A stretch of 64,000 bases of DNA from Balanoglossus misakiensis (taxonomy: Eukaryota > Animalia > Hemichordata), in contig CM082578.2 in assembly GCA_040954595.2 (NCBI GenBank), positions 3,702,831 to 3,766,830 of the forward strand. The letters are read 5' to 3'. A model generated the notes under the pieces. It ran no database searches. It saw nothing but the letters and a program-made list of their open reading frames with translations, and was not told where the DNA came from. Shown one piece after another: positions 13,290-27,500 of this stretch (position 1 is the first letter of the stretch; each line of letters begins with the position of its first letter). A program made the position numbers and the translations under genes.

Positions 13290-16200
13290 TTAAAGCTGCA
13301 AGCAGCATTGTCCGGGCCCAAGCTCTATTATCTGATCTGATGCTGATATAGTGTTAAGTAGGTCAAAGGTCAGCCGAGGTCACCCAACATTTGGGCAAAA
13401 TATTTTGACCCCATACTGGTCCATGTATAAAAAAACAAAACCTCTAGGTCTATTGGTTCATCTGTAATTAGGTATGTGCATATTTAATGAGGTCAGCAGA
13501 GGTCAAGGGGGTCATGAAAAGTAGCAACATTTTTTGATCACATACAAATCCACATACATCAAAAACCACAATGATAGCCTTAAAGGTTAGCCTGGAATTA
13601 GATACGCAGAAAAATGATGCGTCAAAAGTAGGTCAAAGGTCATTGCCAAAATTACCAAAATATTTATAGCTTATTCTTGGCATATGATGATTCATATCCA
13701 TAAAAAGAATTTCTGTGCTATCAATTTTTAGGCTAGAAAGGGAATTTTTACTTTTTAATCGTTTTTCACAAAATCCAATATGGCCGCCATAATCTTCGAC
13801 CAATCACATTCCTCTTCGCAAATTTGATAGACATCTGTTTAATGACCACACACACCAAATCTTGTGACTCGGTTATCGCCCGTTCTTGAGAAGAAGATTT
13901 TTGAAGTTTTACTATGGTTTTTCGAAAATCCAATATGGCCGCCATAATCTTCGACCAATCACAATGATCTTCGCAAACTTGATAGACATCAGTTAGGTGA
14001 CCACATACCCCAAACCGCGTGACTCAGTTATCACCGGTTCTGGAGAAGAAGATTTTTGAAATTTAAGCCAGATTTCAGAAAAAAAATTGTAGCAAAAAAA
14101 CTGCAACATTTACAGCAAAATATCCAATTACAAAAATGATGGGTAGAAGGTAGACTACCTGCACACCAAATTTGAAGTCGATCTGACTTGTAGTTTCTGA
14201 GATCTGAGATTTGCATTTTTTCAGAAAATCCAATATGGCCGCCAGGTCACGTGACTAATTAAAAATTCAAGGGTTCAATGCACGACTACTCATTGACCTT
14301 GACCACTGTAGCAAGTTTCAGAAGTGTACCTGCAGTGGTGTCTGAGATCTAGAGCGACAAAGAATTGACACAAGAATAAAGAAAGAATTAAAGCTGCAAG
14401 CAGCATTGTCCGGGCCCAAGCTCTATTATCTGATCTGATGCTGATATAGTGTTAAGTAGGTCAAAGGTCACCCGAGGTCACCCAACATTTGGGCAAAATA
14501 TTTTGACCCGATACTGGTCCATGTATAACAAAAACAGAACCTCTAGGTCTATTGGTTCATCTGTAATTAGGTATGTGCATATTTAATGAGGTCAGCAGAG
14601 GTCAAAGGGGTCATGAAAAGTAGCAAAAATTTTTGATCACATACAAATCCACATACATCAAAAACCAAAATGATAGCCTTAAAGGTTAGCCTGAAATTAG
14701 ATATGCAGAAAAATGATGCGTCAAAAGTAGGTCAAAGGTCATTGCCAAAATTACCAAAATATTTATAGCTTATTCTTGGCATATGATGATTCATATCCAT
14801 AAAAAGAATTTCTGTGCTATCAATTTTTAGGCTAGAAAGGGAATTTTTACTTTTTAATTGTTTTTCACAAAATCCAATATGGCCGCCATATTCTTCGACC
14901 AATCACATTCCTCTTCGCAAACTTGATAGACATCTGTTTAATGACCACACACACCAAATCTTGTGACTCAGTTATCGCCGGTTCTTGAGAAGAAGATTTT
15001 TGAAATTTTACTAGGTTTTTCGAAAATCCAATATGGCCGCCATAATCTTCGACCAATCACAATGATCTTCGCAAACTTGATAGACCTCAGTTTGGTGACC
15101 ACATACCCCAAACCGCGTGACTCGGTTATCGCCGGTTCTGGAGAAGAAGATTTTTGAAATTTTGACCAGATTTCAGAAAAACAACTGTAGCAAAAAAACT
15201 GCAACATTGACAGCATAATTTCCAATTACAAAAATGATGGGCAGAAGATAGTCTACCTGCACGCCAAATTTGAAGTCGATCTGACTTGTAGTTTCTGAGA
15301 TCTGAGATTTGCATTTTTTCAGAAAATCAAAGATGGCCGCCAGGTCACGTGACTAATTAAAAATTCAAGGGTTCAATGCACGACTACTCATTGACCTTGA
15401 CCACTGTAGCAAGTTTGAGAAGTGTACCTGCAGCAGTGTCTGAGATCTAGAGCGACAAAGAATTGACATAAGAATAAAGAAAGAAAGACTGAATTAAAGC
15501 TGCAAGCAGCATTGTCCGGGCCCAAGCTCTATTATCTCTAGCCCTTTTGGTTAGCCCGAAATTAGGTATGCACATAAATAATGAGTTAAGCAGGTGTCAC
15601 AGGTGACCCAAAACTTTGGCTTTTCATTATGGCCCCATACCTCCAAACGCCAATGCTGTATCTGCTATGGATGTCAAGATATGCAAAATTAGGTCAAAGG
15701 TCACCCGAGGTCACCCAACATTGGGGCAAAATATTTTGACCCCATACTGGTCCATGTATAACAAAAACAAAACCTCTAGGTCTATTGGTTCATCTGTAAT
15801 TAGGTATGTGCATATTTAATGAGGTCAGCAGAGGTCAAAGGGGTCATGAAAAGTAGCAAAATTTTTTGATCACATACAAATCCACATACATCAAAAACCA
15901 AACTTATAGCCCTATTGGTTAGCCTGGAATTAGATATGCAGAAAAATGATGCGTCAAAAGTAGGTCAAAGGTCATTGCCAAAATTACCAAAATATTTATA
16001 GCTTATTCTTGTCATATGATGATTCATATCCATAAAAAGAATTTCTGTGCTATCAATTTTTAGGCTAGAAAGGGAATTTTTACTTTTTAATCGTTTTTCA
16101 CGAAATCCAATATGGCCGCCATAATCTTCGACCAATCACAATGCTCTTTGCAAACTTGATAGACATCTGTTTAATGACCACACACACCAAATCTTGTGAC

Positions 16201-19200
16201 TCAGTTATCGCCGGTTCTTGAGAAGAAGATTTTTGAAATTTTACTAGGTTTTTTTTAAAATCCAATATGGCTGCCATAATCTTCGACCAATCACAATGAT
16301 CTTCGCAAACTTGATAGACATCAGTTAGGTGACCACATACCCCAAACCGCGTGACTCGGTTATCGCTGGTTCTGGAGAAGAAGATTTTTGAAATTTTGAC
16401 CAGATTTCAGAAAAACAACTGTAGCAAAAAAACTGCAACATTGACAGCAAAATATCCAATTACAAAAATGATGGGCAGAAGGTACACTACCAGCACACCA
16501 AATCTGAAGTAAATCTGACTTGTAGTTTCTGAGATCTGAGATCTGCATTTTTTCAGAAAATCCAATATGGCCGCCATGTCACCTGACTAATTAAAAATTC
16601 AAGAGTTCAATGCACGACTACCCATTGACCTTGACCACTGTAGCAAGTTTGAGAAGTGTACCTGCAGCTGTGTCTGAGATCTAGAGCGACAAAGAAATGA
16701 CACAAGAATAAAGAAAGAAAGAAAGATTAAAGCTGCAAGCAGCATTGTCCGGGCCCAAGCTCTATTATCTGATCTGATGCTGATATAGTGTTAAGTAGAT
16801 CAAAGGTCACCCGAGGTCACCCAACATTTAGGCAAAATATTTTGACCCCATACTGGTCCATGTATAACAAAAACAAAACCTCTAGGTCTACTGGTTCATC
16901 ATTAATTAGGTATGTGCATATTTAATGAGGTCAGCAGGGGTCAAAGGGGTCACAAAAAGTAGCAAAATATTTTGATCACACACTAATCCACATACATCAA
17001 AAACCAAACTTATAGCCCTATTGGTTAGCCTGGAATTAGATATGCAGAAAAATGATGTGTCAAAAGTAGGTCAAAGGTCATTGCCAAAATTACCAAAATA
17101 TTTATAGCATATTCTTGTCATATGATGATTCATATCCATAAAAAGAATTTCTGTGCTATCAATTTTTAGGCTAGAAAGGGAATTTTTACTTTTTAATCGT
17201 TTTTCACAAAATCCAATATGGCCGCCATAATCTTCGACCAATCACATTCCTCTTCGCAAACTTGATAGACATCTGTTTAATGACCACACACACCAAATCT
17301 TGTGACTCGGTTATCGCCGGTTCTTGAGAAGAAGATTTTTGAAATTTTACTAAGGTTTTACGAAAATCCAATATGGCCGCCAAAATCTTCGACCAATCAC
17401 AAAGATCTTCGCAAACTTGATAGACATCAGATAGGTGACTACATACCCCAAACCCCGTGTCTCGGTTATCACCAGTTCTAGAGAAGAAGATTTTTGAAAT
17501 TTAAGCTGGATTTCAGAAAAAAAATTGTAGCAAAAAAACTGCAACATTGACAGCAAAATATCCAATTACAAAAATGATGGGTAGAAGGTAGACTACCTGC
17601 ACACCAAATTTGAAGTCGATCTGACTTGTAGTTTCTGAGATCTAAGATTTGCATTTTTTCAGAAAATCCAATATGGCCGCCAGGTCACGTGACCAATTAA
17701 AAATTCAAGGGTTCAATGCACATCTACTCATTGACCTTGACCACTGTAGCAAGTTTCAGAAGTGTACCTGCAGCGGTGTCTGAGATCTAGAGCGACAAAG
17801 AATTGACACAAGAAAAAAGAAAGAAAGAAAGAAAGAAAGACAGAATTAAAGCTGCAAGCAGCATTGTCCGGGCCCAAGCTCTATTATCTGATCTGATATT
17901 AGATATGCACATAATTAATGAGTAGAAACATAATGCTGTTTTATCCCATGAAATATCAAGGTTATATGTATGTTTGGTGCTGTTAAAGTGTTAAGTAGGT
18001 CAAAGGTCACCCAGAGGTCACCCAACATTTGGGCAGAAAATTTTGACCCATAGTGGTCCATGTCCAACAAAAACCAGACCTCTAGCCCTTTTGGTTAGCC
18101 TGGAATTAGGTATGCACATACATAATGCGTAAAGCAGGTGTCACAGGTGACCCAAAACTTTGGCTTTTCATTATGGCCCCATACCTCCAAATGACAAGGC
18201 TGTACCTGCTTTGGATGCCGAGATATGCAAAAGTACGTCAAAGGTCATCTGAGGTCATCCAAAATTTGGGCAGAAAATTTTGACCCATAGTTGTCCATGT
18301 CCATCAAAAAACAGACCTCTAGCCCTTTTGGTTAGCCTAGAATTAGGTATGCACATAATTAATGAGTTAAGCAGGTGTCACAGGTGACCCAAAACTTTGG
18401 CTTTACATTATGGCCCCATACCTCCAAACGCCAAGGCTGTATCTGCTGTGGATGTCAAGATATGCAAAAGTAGGTCAAAGGTCACCCGAGGTCATCCAAA
18501 ATTTGGGCAGAAAATTTTGACCCATAGTGGTCCATATCCAACAAAAAACAGACCTCTAGCCCTTTTGGTTAGCCTAGAATTAGGTATGCACATAAATAAT
18601 GAGTAAAGCAGGTGTCACAGGTGACCCAAAACTTTGGCTTTTCATTATGGCCCCATACCTCCAAATGCCAAGGCTGTACCTGCTTTGGATGCCGAGATAT
18701 GCAAAAGTACGTCAAAGGTCATCTGAGGTCATCCAAAATTTGGGCAGAAAATTTTGACCCATAGTGGTCCATGTCCATCAAAAAACAGACCTCTAGCCCT
18801 TTTGGTTAGCCTAGAATTAGGTATGCACATAATTAATGAGTTAAGCAGGTATCACAGGTGACCCAAAACTTTGGCTTTTCATTATTGCCCCATACCTCCA
18901 AACGCCAAGGCTGTATCTGCTGTGGATGTCAAGATATGCAAAAGTAGGTCAAAGGTCACCCGAGGTCACCCAAAATTTGGGCAAAATATTTTGACCCCAT
19001 ACTGGTCCATGTATAACAAAAACAAAACTTCTAGGTCTATTGGTTCATCTGTAATTAGGTATGTGCATATTTAATGAGGTCACCAGAGGTCAAAGGGGTC
19101 ATGAAAAGTAGCAACATTTTTTGATCACATACAAATCCACATACATCAAAAACCAAACTTATAGCCCTATTGGTTAGCCTGGAATTAGATATGCAGAAAA

Positions 19201-21402
19201 ATCATGCGTCAAAAGTAGGTCAAAGGTCATTGCCAAAATTACCAAAATATTTATAGCTTATTCTTGGCATATGATGATTCATATCCGTAAAAAGAATTTC
19301 TGTGCTATCAATTTTAAGGCTAGAAAGGGAATTTTTACTTTTTAATCGTTTTTCACAAAATCCAATATGGCCGCCATAATCTTCGACCAATCACATTCCT
19401 CTTCGCAAACTTGATAGACATCTGTTTAATGACCACACACACCAAATCTTGTGACTCAGTTATCGCCGGTTCTTGAGAAGAAGATTTTTGAAATTTTACT
19501 ATGGTTTTTCGAAAATCCAATATGGCTGCCATAATCTTCAACCAATCACAATGATCTTCGCAAACTTGATAGACATCAGTTAGGTGACCACATACCCCAA
19601 ACCGCGTGACTCGGTTATCACTGGTTCTGGAGAAGAAGATTTTTGAAATTTAAGCCAGATTTCAGAAAAAAAATTGTAGCAAAAAATTGCAACTTTGTCA
19701 GTATAATTTCCAATTACAAAAATGATTGCAAGAAGGTAGTCTACCAGCATGCCAAATTTGAAGTCGATCTGACTTGTAGTTTCTGAGATCTGAGATTTGC
19801 ATTTTTTCAGAAAATCCAAGATGGCCGCCAGGTCATGTGACTAATTAAAAATTCAAGGGTTCAATGCACGACTACTCATTGACCTTGACCACTGTAGCAA
19901 GTTTCAGAAGTGTACCTGCAGCGGTGTCTGAGATCTCGTGGGTCAAAGAATTGACACAAGAATAAAGAAAGAATTAAAGCTGCAAGCAGCATTGTCCGGG
20001 CCCAAGCTCTATTATCTGATCTGATTATTAGATATGCACATAATTAATGAGTAGAAACATAATGCTGTGTTTTATCCCATGAAATATCAAGGTTATATCT
20101 ATATTTGGTGTTGATATAGTTTTAAGTAGGTCAAGGTCACCCAGAGGTCACCCACAATTTGGGCAGAAAATTTTGACCCATAGTGGTCCATGTCCAACAA
20201 AAACCAGACCTCTAGCCCTTTTGGTTAGCCCGGAATTAGGTATGCACATAAATAATGAGTTAAGCAGGTGTCACAGGTGACCCAAAACTTTGGCTTTTCA
20301 TTATGGCCCCATACCTCCAAACGCCAAGGCTGTATCTGCTATGGATGTCGAGATATGCAAAAGTAGGTCAAAGGTCACCCGAGGTCACCCAACATTTGGG
20401 CAAAATATTTTGACCCCATACTGGTCCATGTATAACAAAAACAAAACCTCTAGGTCTATTGGTTCATCGTTAATTAGGTATGTGCATATTTAATGAGGTC
20501 AGCAGAGGTCAAAGGGGTCATGAAAAGTAGCAACATTTTTTGATCACATACAAATCCACATACATCAAAAACCAAACTTATAGCCCCATTGGTTAGCCTG
20601 GAACTAGATATGCAGAAAAATGATGCGTCAAAAGTAGGTCAAAGGTCATTGCCAAAATTACCAAAATATTTATAGCTTATTCTTGGCATATGATGATTCA
20701 TATCCATAAAAAGAATTTCTGTGCTATTAATTTTTAGGCAAGAAAGGGAATTTTTACTTTTTAATCGTTTTTCACAAAATCCAATATGGCCGCCATAATC
20801 TTCGACCAATCACATTCCTCTTCGCAAACTTGATAGACATCTGTTTACTGACCACACACACCAAATCTTGTGACTCAGTTATCGCCGGTTCTTGAGAAGA
20901 AGATTTTTGAAATTTTACTAGGGTTTTTCGAAGATCCAATATGGCCGCCATAATCTTCGACCAATCACAATGATCTTCGCAAACTTGATAGACCTCAGTT
21001 TGGTGACCACATATCCCAAACCGCGTGACTCGGTTATCGTCGGTTCTGGAGAAGAAGATTTTTGAAATTTTGACCAGATTTCAGAAAAACAACTGTAGCA
21101 AAAAAACTGCAACATTGACAGCAAAATATCCAATTACAAAAATGATGGGCAGAAGGTACACTACCCGCACACCAAATCTGAAGTAAATCTGACATGTAGT
21201 TTCTGAGATCTGAGATTTGCATTTTTTCAGAAAATCCAATATGGCCGCCATGTCACGTGACTAATTTAAAATTCAAGAGTTCAATGCACGACTACCCATT
21301 GCCCTTGACCACTGTAGCAAGTTTGAGAAGTGTACCTGCAGCGGTGTCTGAGATCTAGAGCGACAAAGAAATGACAGAAGAATAAAGAAAGAAGAAAGAC
21401 AG

Positions 21403-21561
21403 AAAAACCCCAACGAAACCAATAGGGCCCAAGCGCTGGTATGCGCTTGGGCCCTAAAAACCCCAACGAAACCAATAGGGCCCAAGCGCTGGCTTGCGCT
21501 TGGGCCCTAAAAATTCCAACGAAACCAATAGGGCCCAAGCCTGGCTTGGCTTGGGCCCTAA
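21403..21561 (-). repeat. Stack of 3 HINE 5'-terminal hairpin cassettes
   Basis: Three abutting cassettes; the last has stem-loop agggcccaagc-ctggcttg-gcttgggccct. Confidence 0.9.
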
Positions 21562-24500
21562 GAAAGAAGAAAGAAGGAAAGACAGATTAAAGCTGCGAGC
21601 AGCATTGTCGGGCCCAAGCGCTGATCTTGAATTATATATGCACAGTGTGAATGAGAAGAAACAGAATTTTCTATCAGATGTATTATCTCATGACATAACA
21701 AGGATATGTGTATTTTTGCTGCTGAAATAGGGTGAAGTAGGTCAAAGGTCACCTAAGGTCACCCAACATTTGGGCAATTTTTTTTTACCCATACTGGTCC
21801 ATGTCCAACAAAACCAAAACTCTAGCTCTTTTGGTTCGGATGTAATTAGGTATATGCATATTTAATGAGGTCAGCAGGTGTCACAGGTGACCCAAAAATG
21901 TGGCTTTACATTCTGGTCCCATCCTACAAAATGCCATGGCTGTATCTGCTCTGGATGCTGAGATATGCGAAAGTAGGTCAAAGATCACCAGAGGTCACCC
22001 AACATTTGGGCAAAAAATTTTGATCCCATACTGGTCCATGTCCAACAAAAACAATACCTCTGGCTCTATTGGTTGGCCTGTAATTAGCTATGAACATAAT
22101 TAATGAGGTCAGCAGAGGTCAAAGGGGTCATGAAAAATAGCAAAATATTTTGATCACACACTAATCCACATGCATCAAAAACCAAAAGTCTAGCCCTATA
22201 GGTTAGCCTGGAATTAGATATGCAGAAATAATAACGCGTGATAAGTAGGTCAAAGGTCATGTGAAAAATCGCCAAAAATTTGTATCATATTTTAGTCATA
22301 TGACGAGTGATATCCACGAAAAGAATTTGTATGCTATCAATTTTTAGACTAGGAAGGGGAATTTCAATTTTTCACTGCTTTTTACAAAATCTAATATGGC
22401 CGCCATAATCTTCGACCAATCACAATGCTCTTTGCAAACTTGATAGACATCAGTGTAGTGACCATACTCCCCGAATCTTGCGACTCAGATATCGCCCGTT
22501 CTGGAGAGGAAGATTTTTGGAGTTTTACTATGGTTTTTAGAAAATCCAATATGGCCGCCATAATCTCCGACCAATCACAATGCTTCTTATCAAACTTGAT
22601 AGACATCTGTTAGGTGACCACATACCCCAAACCCCGTGACTCGGTTATCACCGGTTCTGGAGAAGAAGATTTTTGAAATTTAAGCCAGATTTCAGAAAAA
22701 AAATTGTAGCAAAAAAACTGCAACATTTACAGCAAAATATCCAATTACAAAAATGATGGGCAGAAGGTAGTCTACCTGCATGCCAAATTTGAAGTAGATC
22801 TGACTTGTAGTTTCTGAGATCTGAGATTTGCTTTTTTTCAGAAAATCCAATATGGCCGCCAGGTCACGTGACTAATTAAAAATTCAAGAGTTCAATGCAC
22901 GACTACCCATTGACCTTGACCACTGTAGCAAGTTTGAGAAGTGTACCTGCAGCGGTGTCTGTGATCTAGAGCGACAAAGAAGTGAACCAAGAATAAAGAA
23001 AGAATTAAAGCTGCGAGCAGCATTGTTGGGCCCAAGCGCTGATCTTGAATTATATATGCACAGTATGAATGAGAAGAAACAGAATTTTCTATCTGATGTA
23101 TTATCTCATGACATAACGAGGATGTGTGTATTTTTGCTGCTGAAATAGGGTGAAGTAGGTCAAAGGTCACCTGAGGTCACCCAACATTTGGGCAATTTTT
23201 TTTACCCATACTGGTCCATGTCCAGCAAAAACCAAAACTCTAGCTCTATTGGTTCGCCTGTGATTAGGTATGTGCATATTTAATGAGGTCAGCAGGTGTC
23301 ACAGGTGACCCAAAAATGTGGCTTTACATTTTGGTCCCATCCTACCAAATGCCATGGCTGTATCTGCTCTGGATGCTGAGATATGCGAAAGTAGGTCAAA
23401 GGTCACCAGAGGTCACCCAACATTTGGGCAAAAAATTTTGATCCCATACTGGTCCATGTCCAACAAAAACCAAACCGCTAGCTCTATTGGTTCGCCTGTA
23501 ATTAGCTATGCACATAATTAATGAGGTCAGCAGAGGTCAAAGGGGTCATGAAAAGTAGCAAAATATTTTGATCACACACTAATCCACATTAATCAAAAAC
23601 CAAACGTCTAGCCCTATAGGTTAGCCTGGAATTAGATATGCAGAAATAATAACGCGTGATAAGTAGGTCAAAGGTCATGTGAAAAATCGCCAAAAAATTG
23701 TAACATATTTTAGTCACATGACGATTGATATCCATAAAAAGAATTTGTATGCTGTCAATTTTTAGACTAGAAAAAGGAATTTCAAATTTTCACTGCTTTT
23801 TACAAAATCCAATATGGCCGCCATAATCTTCGACCAATCACAATGTTCTTTGCAAACTTAATAGACATCAGTGTAGTGACCATACTCCCCGAATCTTGCG
23901 ACTCAGTCATCGCCCGTTCTTGAGAAGAAGAATTTTGAAGTTTTACTATGGTTTTTCGAAAATCCAATATGGCCGCCATAATCTTCGACCAATCACAATG
24001 ATCTTCGCAAACTTGATAGACATCAGTTAGGTGACCACATAACCGAAACCCCGTGTCTTGGTTATCACCGGTTCTGGAGAAGAAGATTTTTGAAATTTAA
24101 GCCAGATTTCAGAAAAAAAATTGTAGCAAAAAAACTGCAACATTTACAGCAAAATATCCAATTACAAAAATGATGGGTAGAAGGTAGACTACCTGCACAC
24201 CAAATTTGAAGTCGATCTGACTTGTAGTTTCTGAGATCTGAGATTTGCATTTTTTCAGAAAATCCAATATGGCCGCCAAGTCACGTGACTAATTAAAAAT
24301 TCATGGGCTCAATGCACGACTACTCATTGACCTTGACCACTGTAGCAAGTTTGAGAACTGTACCTGCAGTGGTGTCTGAGATCTAGAGCGACAAAGAATT
24401 GACAGAAGAATAAAGAAAGAAGAAAGAAAGAAGGAAAGACAGATTAAAGCTGCAAGCAGCATTGTCCGGGCCCAAGCTCTATTATCTGATCTAATTATTA

Positions 24501-27500
24501 GATATGCACATAATTAATGAGTAGAGACATAATGCTGTGTCTTATGCCATGAAATATCAAGGTTATATCTATGTTTTGTGGTGATATAGTGTTAAGTAGG
24601 TCAAAGGTCACCCAGAGGTCAACCACAATTTGGGCAGAAAATTTTGACCCATAGTGGTCCATGTCCAACAAAAACCAGACCTCTAGCCCTTTTGGTTATC
24701 CCGGAATTAGGTATGCACATAAATAATGAGTTAAGCACGTGTCACAGGTGACCCAAAACTTTGGCTTTTCATTATGGCCCCATACCTCCAAACGCCAAGA
24801 CTGTATCTGCCGTAGATGTCGAGATATGCAAAAGTAGGTCAAAGGTCACCCGAGGTCACCCAACATTTGGGCAAAATATTTTGACCCCATACTGGTCCAT
24901 TTATAACAAAAACAAAACCTCTAGGTCTATTGGTTCATCATTAATTAGGTATGCGCATATTTAATGAGGTCACCAGAGGTCAAAGGGGTCATGAAAAGTA
25001 GCAAAATTTTTTGATCACATACAAATCCACATACATCAAAAACCAAACTTATAGCCCTATTGGTTAGCCTGGAATTAGATATGCAGAAAAATGATGCGTC
25101 AAAAGTAGGTCAAAGGTCATTGCCAAAATTACCAAAATATTTATAGCTTATTCTTGTCATATGATGTTTCATATCCGTAAAAAGAATTTCTGTGCTATCA
25201 ATTTTTAGGCTAGAAAGGGAATTTTTACTTTTTAATTGTTTTTCACAAAATCCAATATGGCCGCCATAATCTTTGACCAATCACATTCCTCTTCGCAAAC
25301 TTGATAGACATCTGTTTAATGACCACACACATCAAATCTTGTGACTCAGTTATTGCCGGTTCTTGAGAAGAAGATTTTTGAAATTTTACTAGGTTTTTTT
25401 TAAAATCCAATATGGCCGCCATAATCTTTGACCAATCACAATGATCTTCGCAAACTTGATAGACCTCAGCTTGGTGACCACATACCCCAAACCGCGTGAC
25501 TCGGTTATCGCCGGTTCTGGAGAAGAAGATTTTTGAAATTTTGACCAGATTTCAGAAAAACAACTGTAGCAAAAAAACTGCAACATTGACAGCAAAATAT
25601 CCAATTACAAAAATGATGGGCAGAAGGTAGACTACCTGCACACCAAATTTGAAGTCTATCTGACTTGTAGTTTCTGAGATCTGAGATTTGCATTTTTTCA
25701 GAAAATCCAATATGGCCGCCATGTCACGTGACTAATTAAAAATTCAAGAGTTCAATGCACGACTACCCATTGACCTTGACCATTGTAGCAAGTTTGAGAA
25801 GTGTACCTGCAGCGGTGTCTGAGATCTAGAGCGACAAAGAAATGACAGAAGAATAAAGAAAGAAAGACAGATTAAAGCTGCAAGCAGCATTGTCCGGGCC
25901 CAAGCTCTATTATCTGATCTGATTATTAGATATGCACATAATTAATGAGTACAAACATAATGCTGTGTTTTATCCCATGAAATATCAAGGTTATATCTAG
26001 GTTTGGTGTTGACATAGTATTAAGTAGGTCAAAGGTCACCCAGAGGTCACCAATTATTTGGGCAGAATATTTTGACCCATAGTGGTCTATGTCCAACAAA
26101 AACCAGATCTCTAGCCCTTTTGGTTAGCCCGGAATTAGTTATGCACATAAATAATGCGTAAAGCAGGTGTCACAGGTGACCCAAAACTTTGGCTTTTCAT
26201 TATGGCCCCATACCTCCAAATGCCAAGGCTGTACCTGCTTTGGATGCCGATATATGCAAAAGTAGGTCAAAGGTCATCTGAGGTCATCCAAAGTTTGGGC
26301 AGAAAATTTTGACCCATAGTGGTCCATGTCCAACAAAAACCAGACATCTAGCCCTTTTGGTTAGCCCGGAATTTGGTATGCACATAAATAATGAGTAAAG
26401 CAGGTGTCACAGGTGACCCAAAACTTTGGCTTTTCATTATGGCCCCATACCTCCAAACGCCAAGGCTGTATCTGGTGTGGATGTCGAGATATGCAAAAGT
26501 AGGTCAAAGGTCACCCAACATTTGGGCAGAAAATTTTGACCCATAGTGGTCCATGTCCAACAAAAACCAGACCTCTAGCCATTTTGGTTAGCCCGGAATT
26601 AGGTATGCACATAAATAATGAGTAAAGCAGGTGTCACAGGTGACCCAAAACTTTGGCTTTTCATTATGGCCCCATACCTCCAAACGCCAAGGCTGTATCT
26701 GGTGTGGATGTCGAGATATGCAAAAGTAGGTCAAAGGTCACCCGAGGTCACCCAACATTTGGGCAAAATATTTTGACCCCATACTGGTCCATGTATAACA
26801 AAAACAAAACCTCTAGGTCTATTGGTTCATCTGTAATTAGGTATATGCATATTTAATGAGGTCAGCAGAGGTCAAAGGGGTCGTGAAAAGTAGCAAAATT
26901 TTTTGATCACATACAAATCCACATACATCAAAAACCAAACTAATAGCCCTATTGGTTAGCCTGGAATTAGATATGCAGAAAAATGATGCGTCAAAAGTAG
27001 GTCAAAGGTCATTGCCAAAATTACCAAAATATTTATAGGTTATTCTTGTCATATGATGATTCATATCCATAAAAAGAATTTCTGTGCTATCAATTTTTAG
27101 GCTAGAAAAGGAATTTTTACTTTTTAATCGTTTTTCACAAAATCCAATATGGCCGCCATAATCTTCGACCAATCACATTCCTCTTCGCAAACTTGATAGA
27201 CATCTGTTTATTGACCACACACACCGAATCTTGTGACTCAGTTATCGCCGGTTCTTGAGTAGAAGATTTTTGAAATTTTACTAGGGTTTTTCGAAAATCC
27301 AATATGGCCGCCATAATCTTCGACCAATCACAATGATCTTCGCAAACTTGATAGACCTCAGTTTGGTGACCACATATCCCAAACCGCGTGACTCGGTTAT
27401 CGTCGGTTCTGGAGAAGAAGATTTTTGAAATTTTGACCAGATTTCAGAAAAACAACTGTAGCAAAAAAACTGCAACATTGACAGCAAAATATCCAATTAC

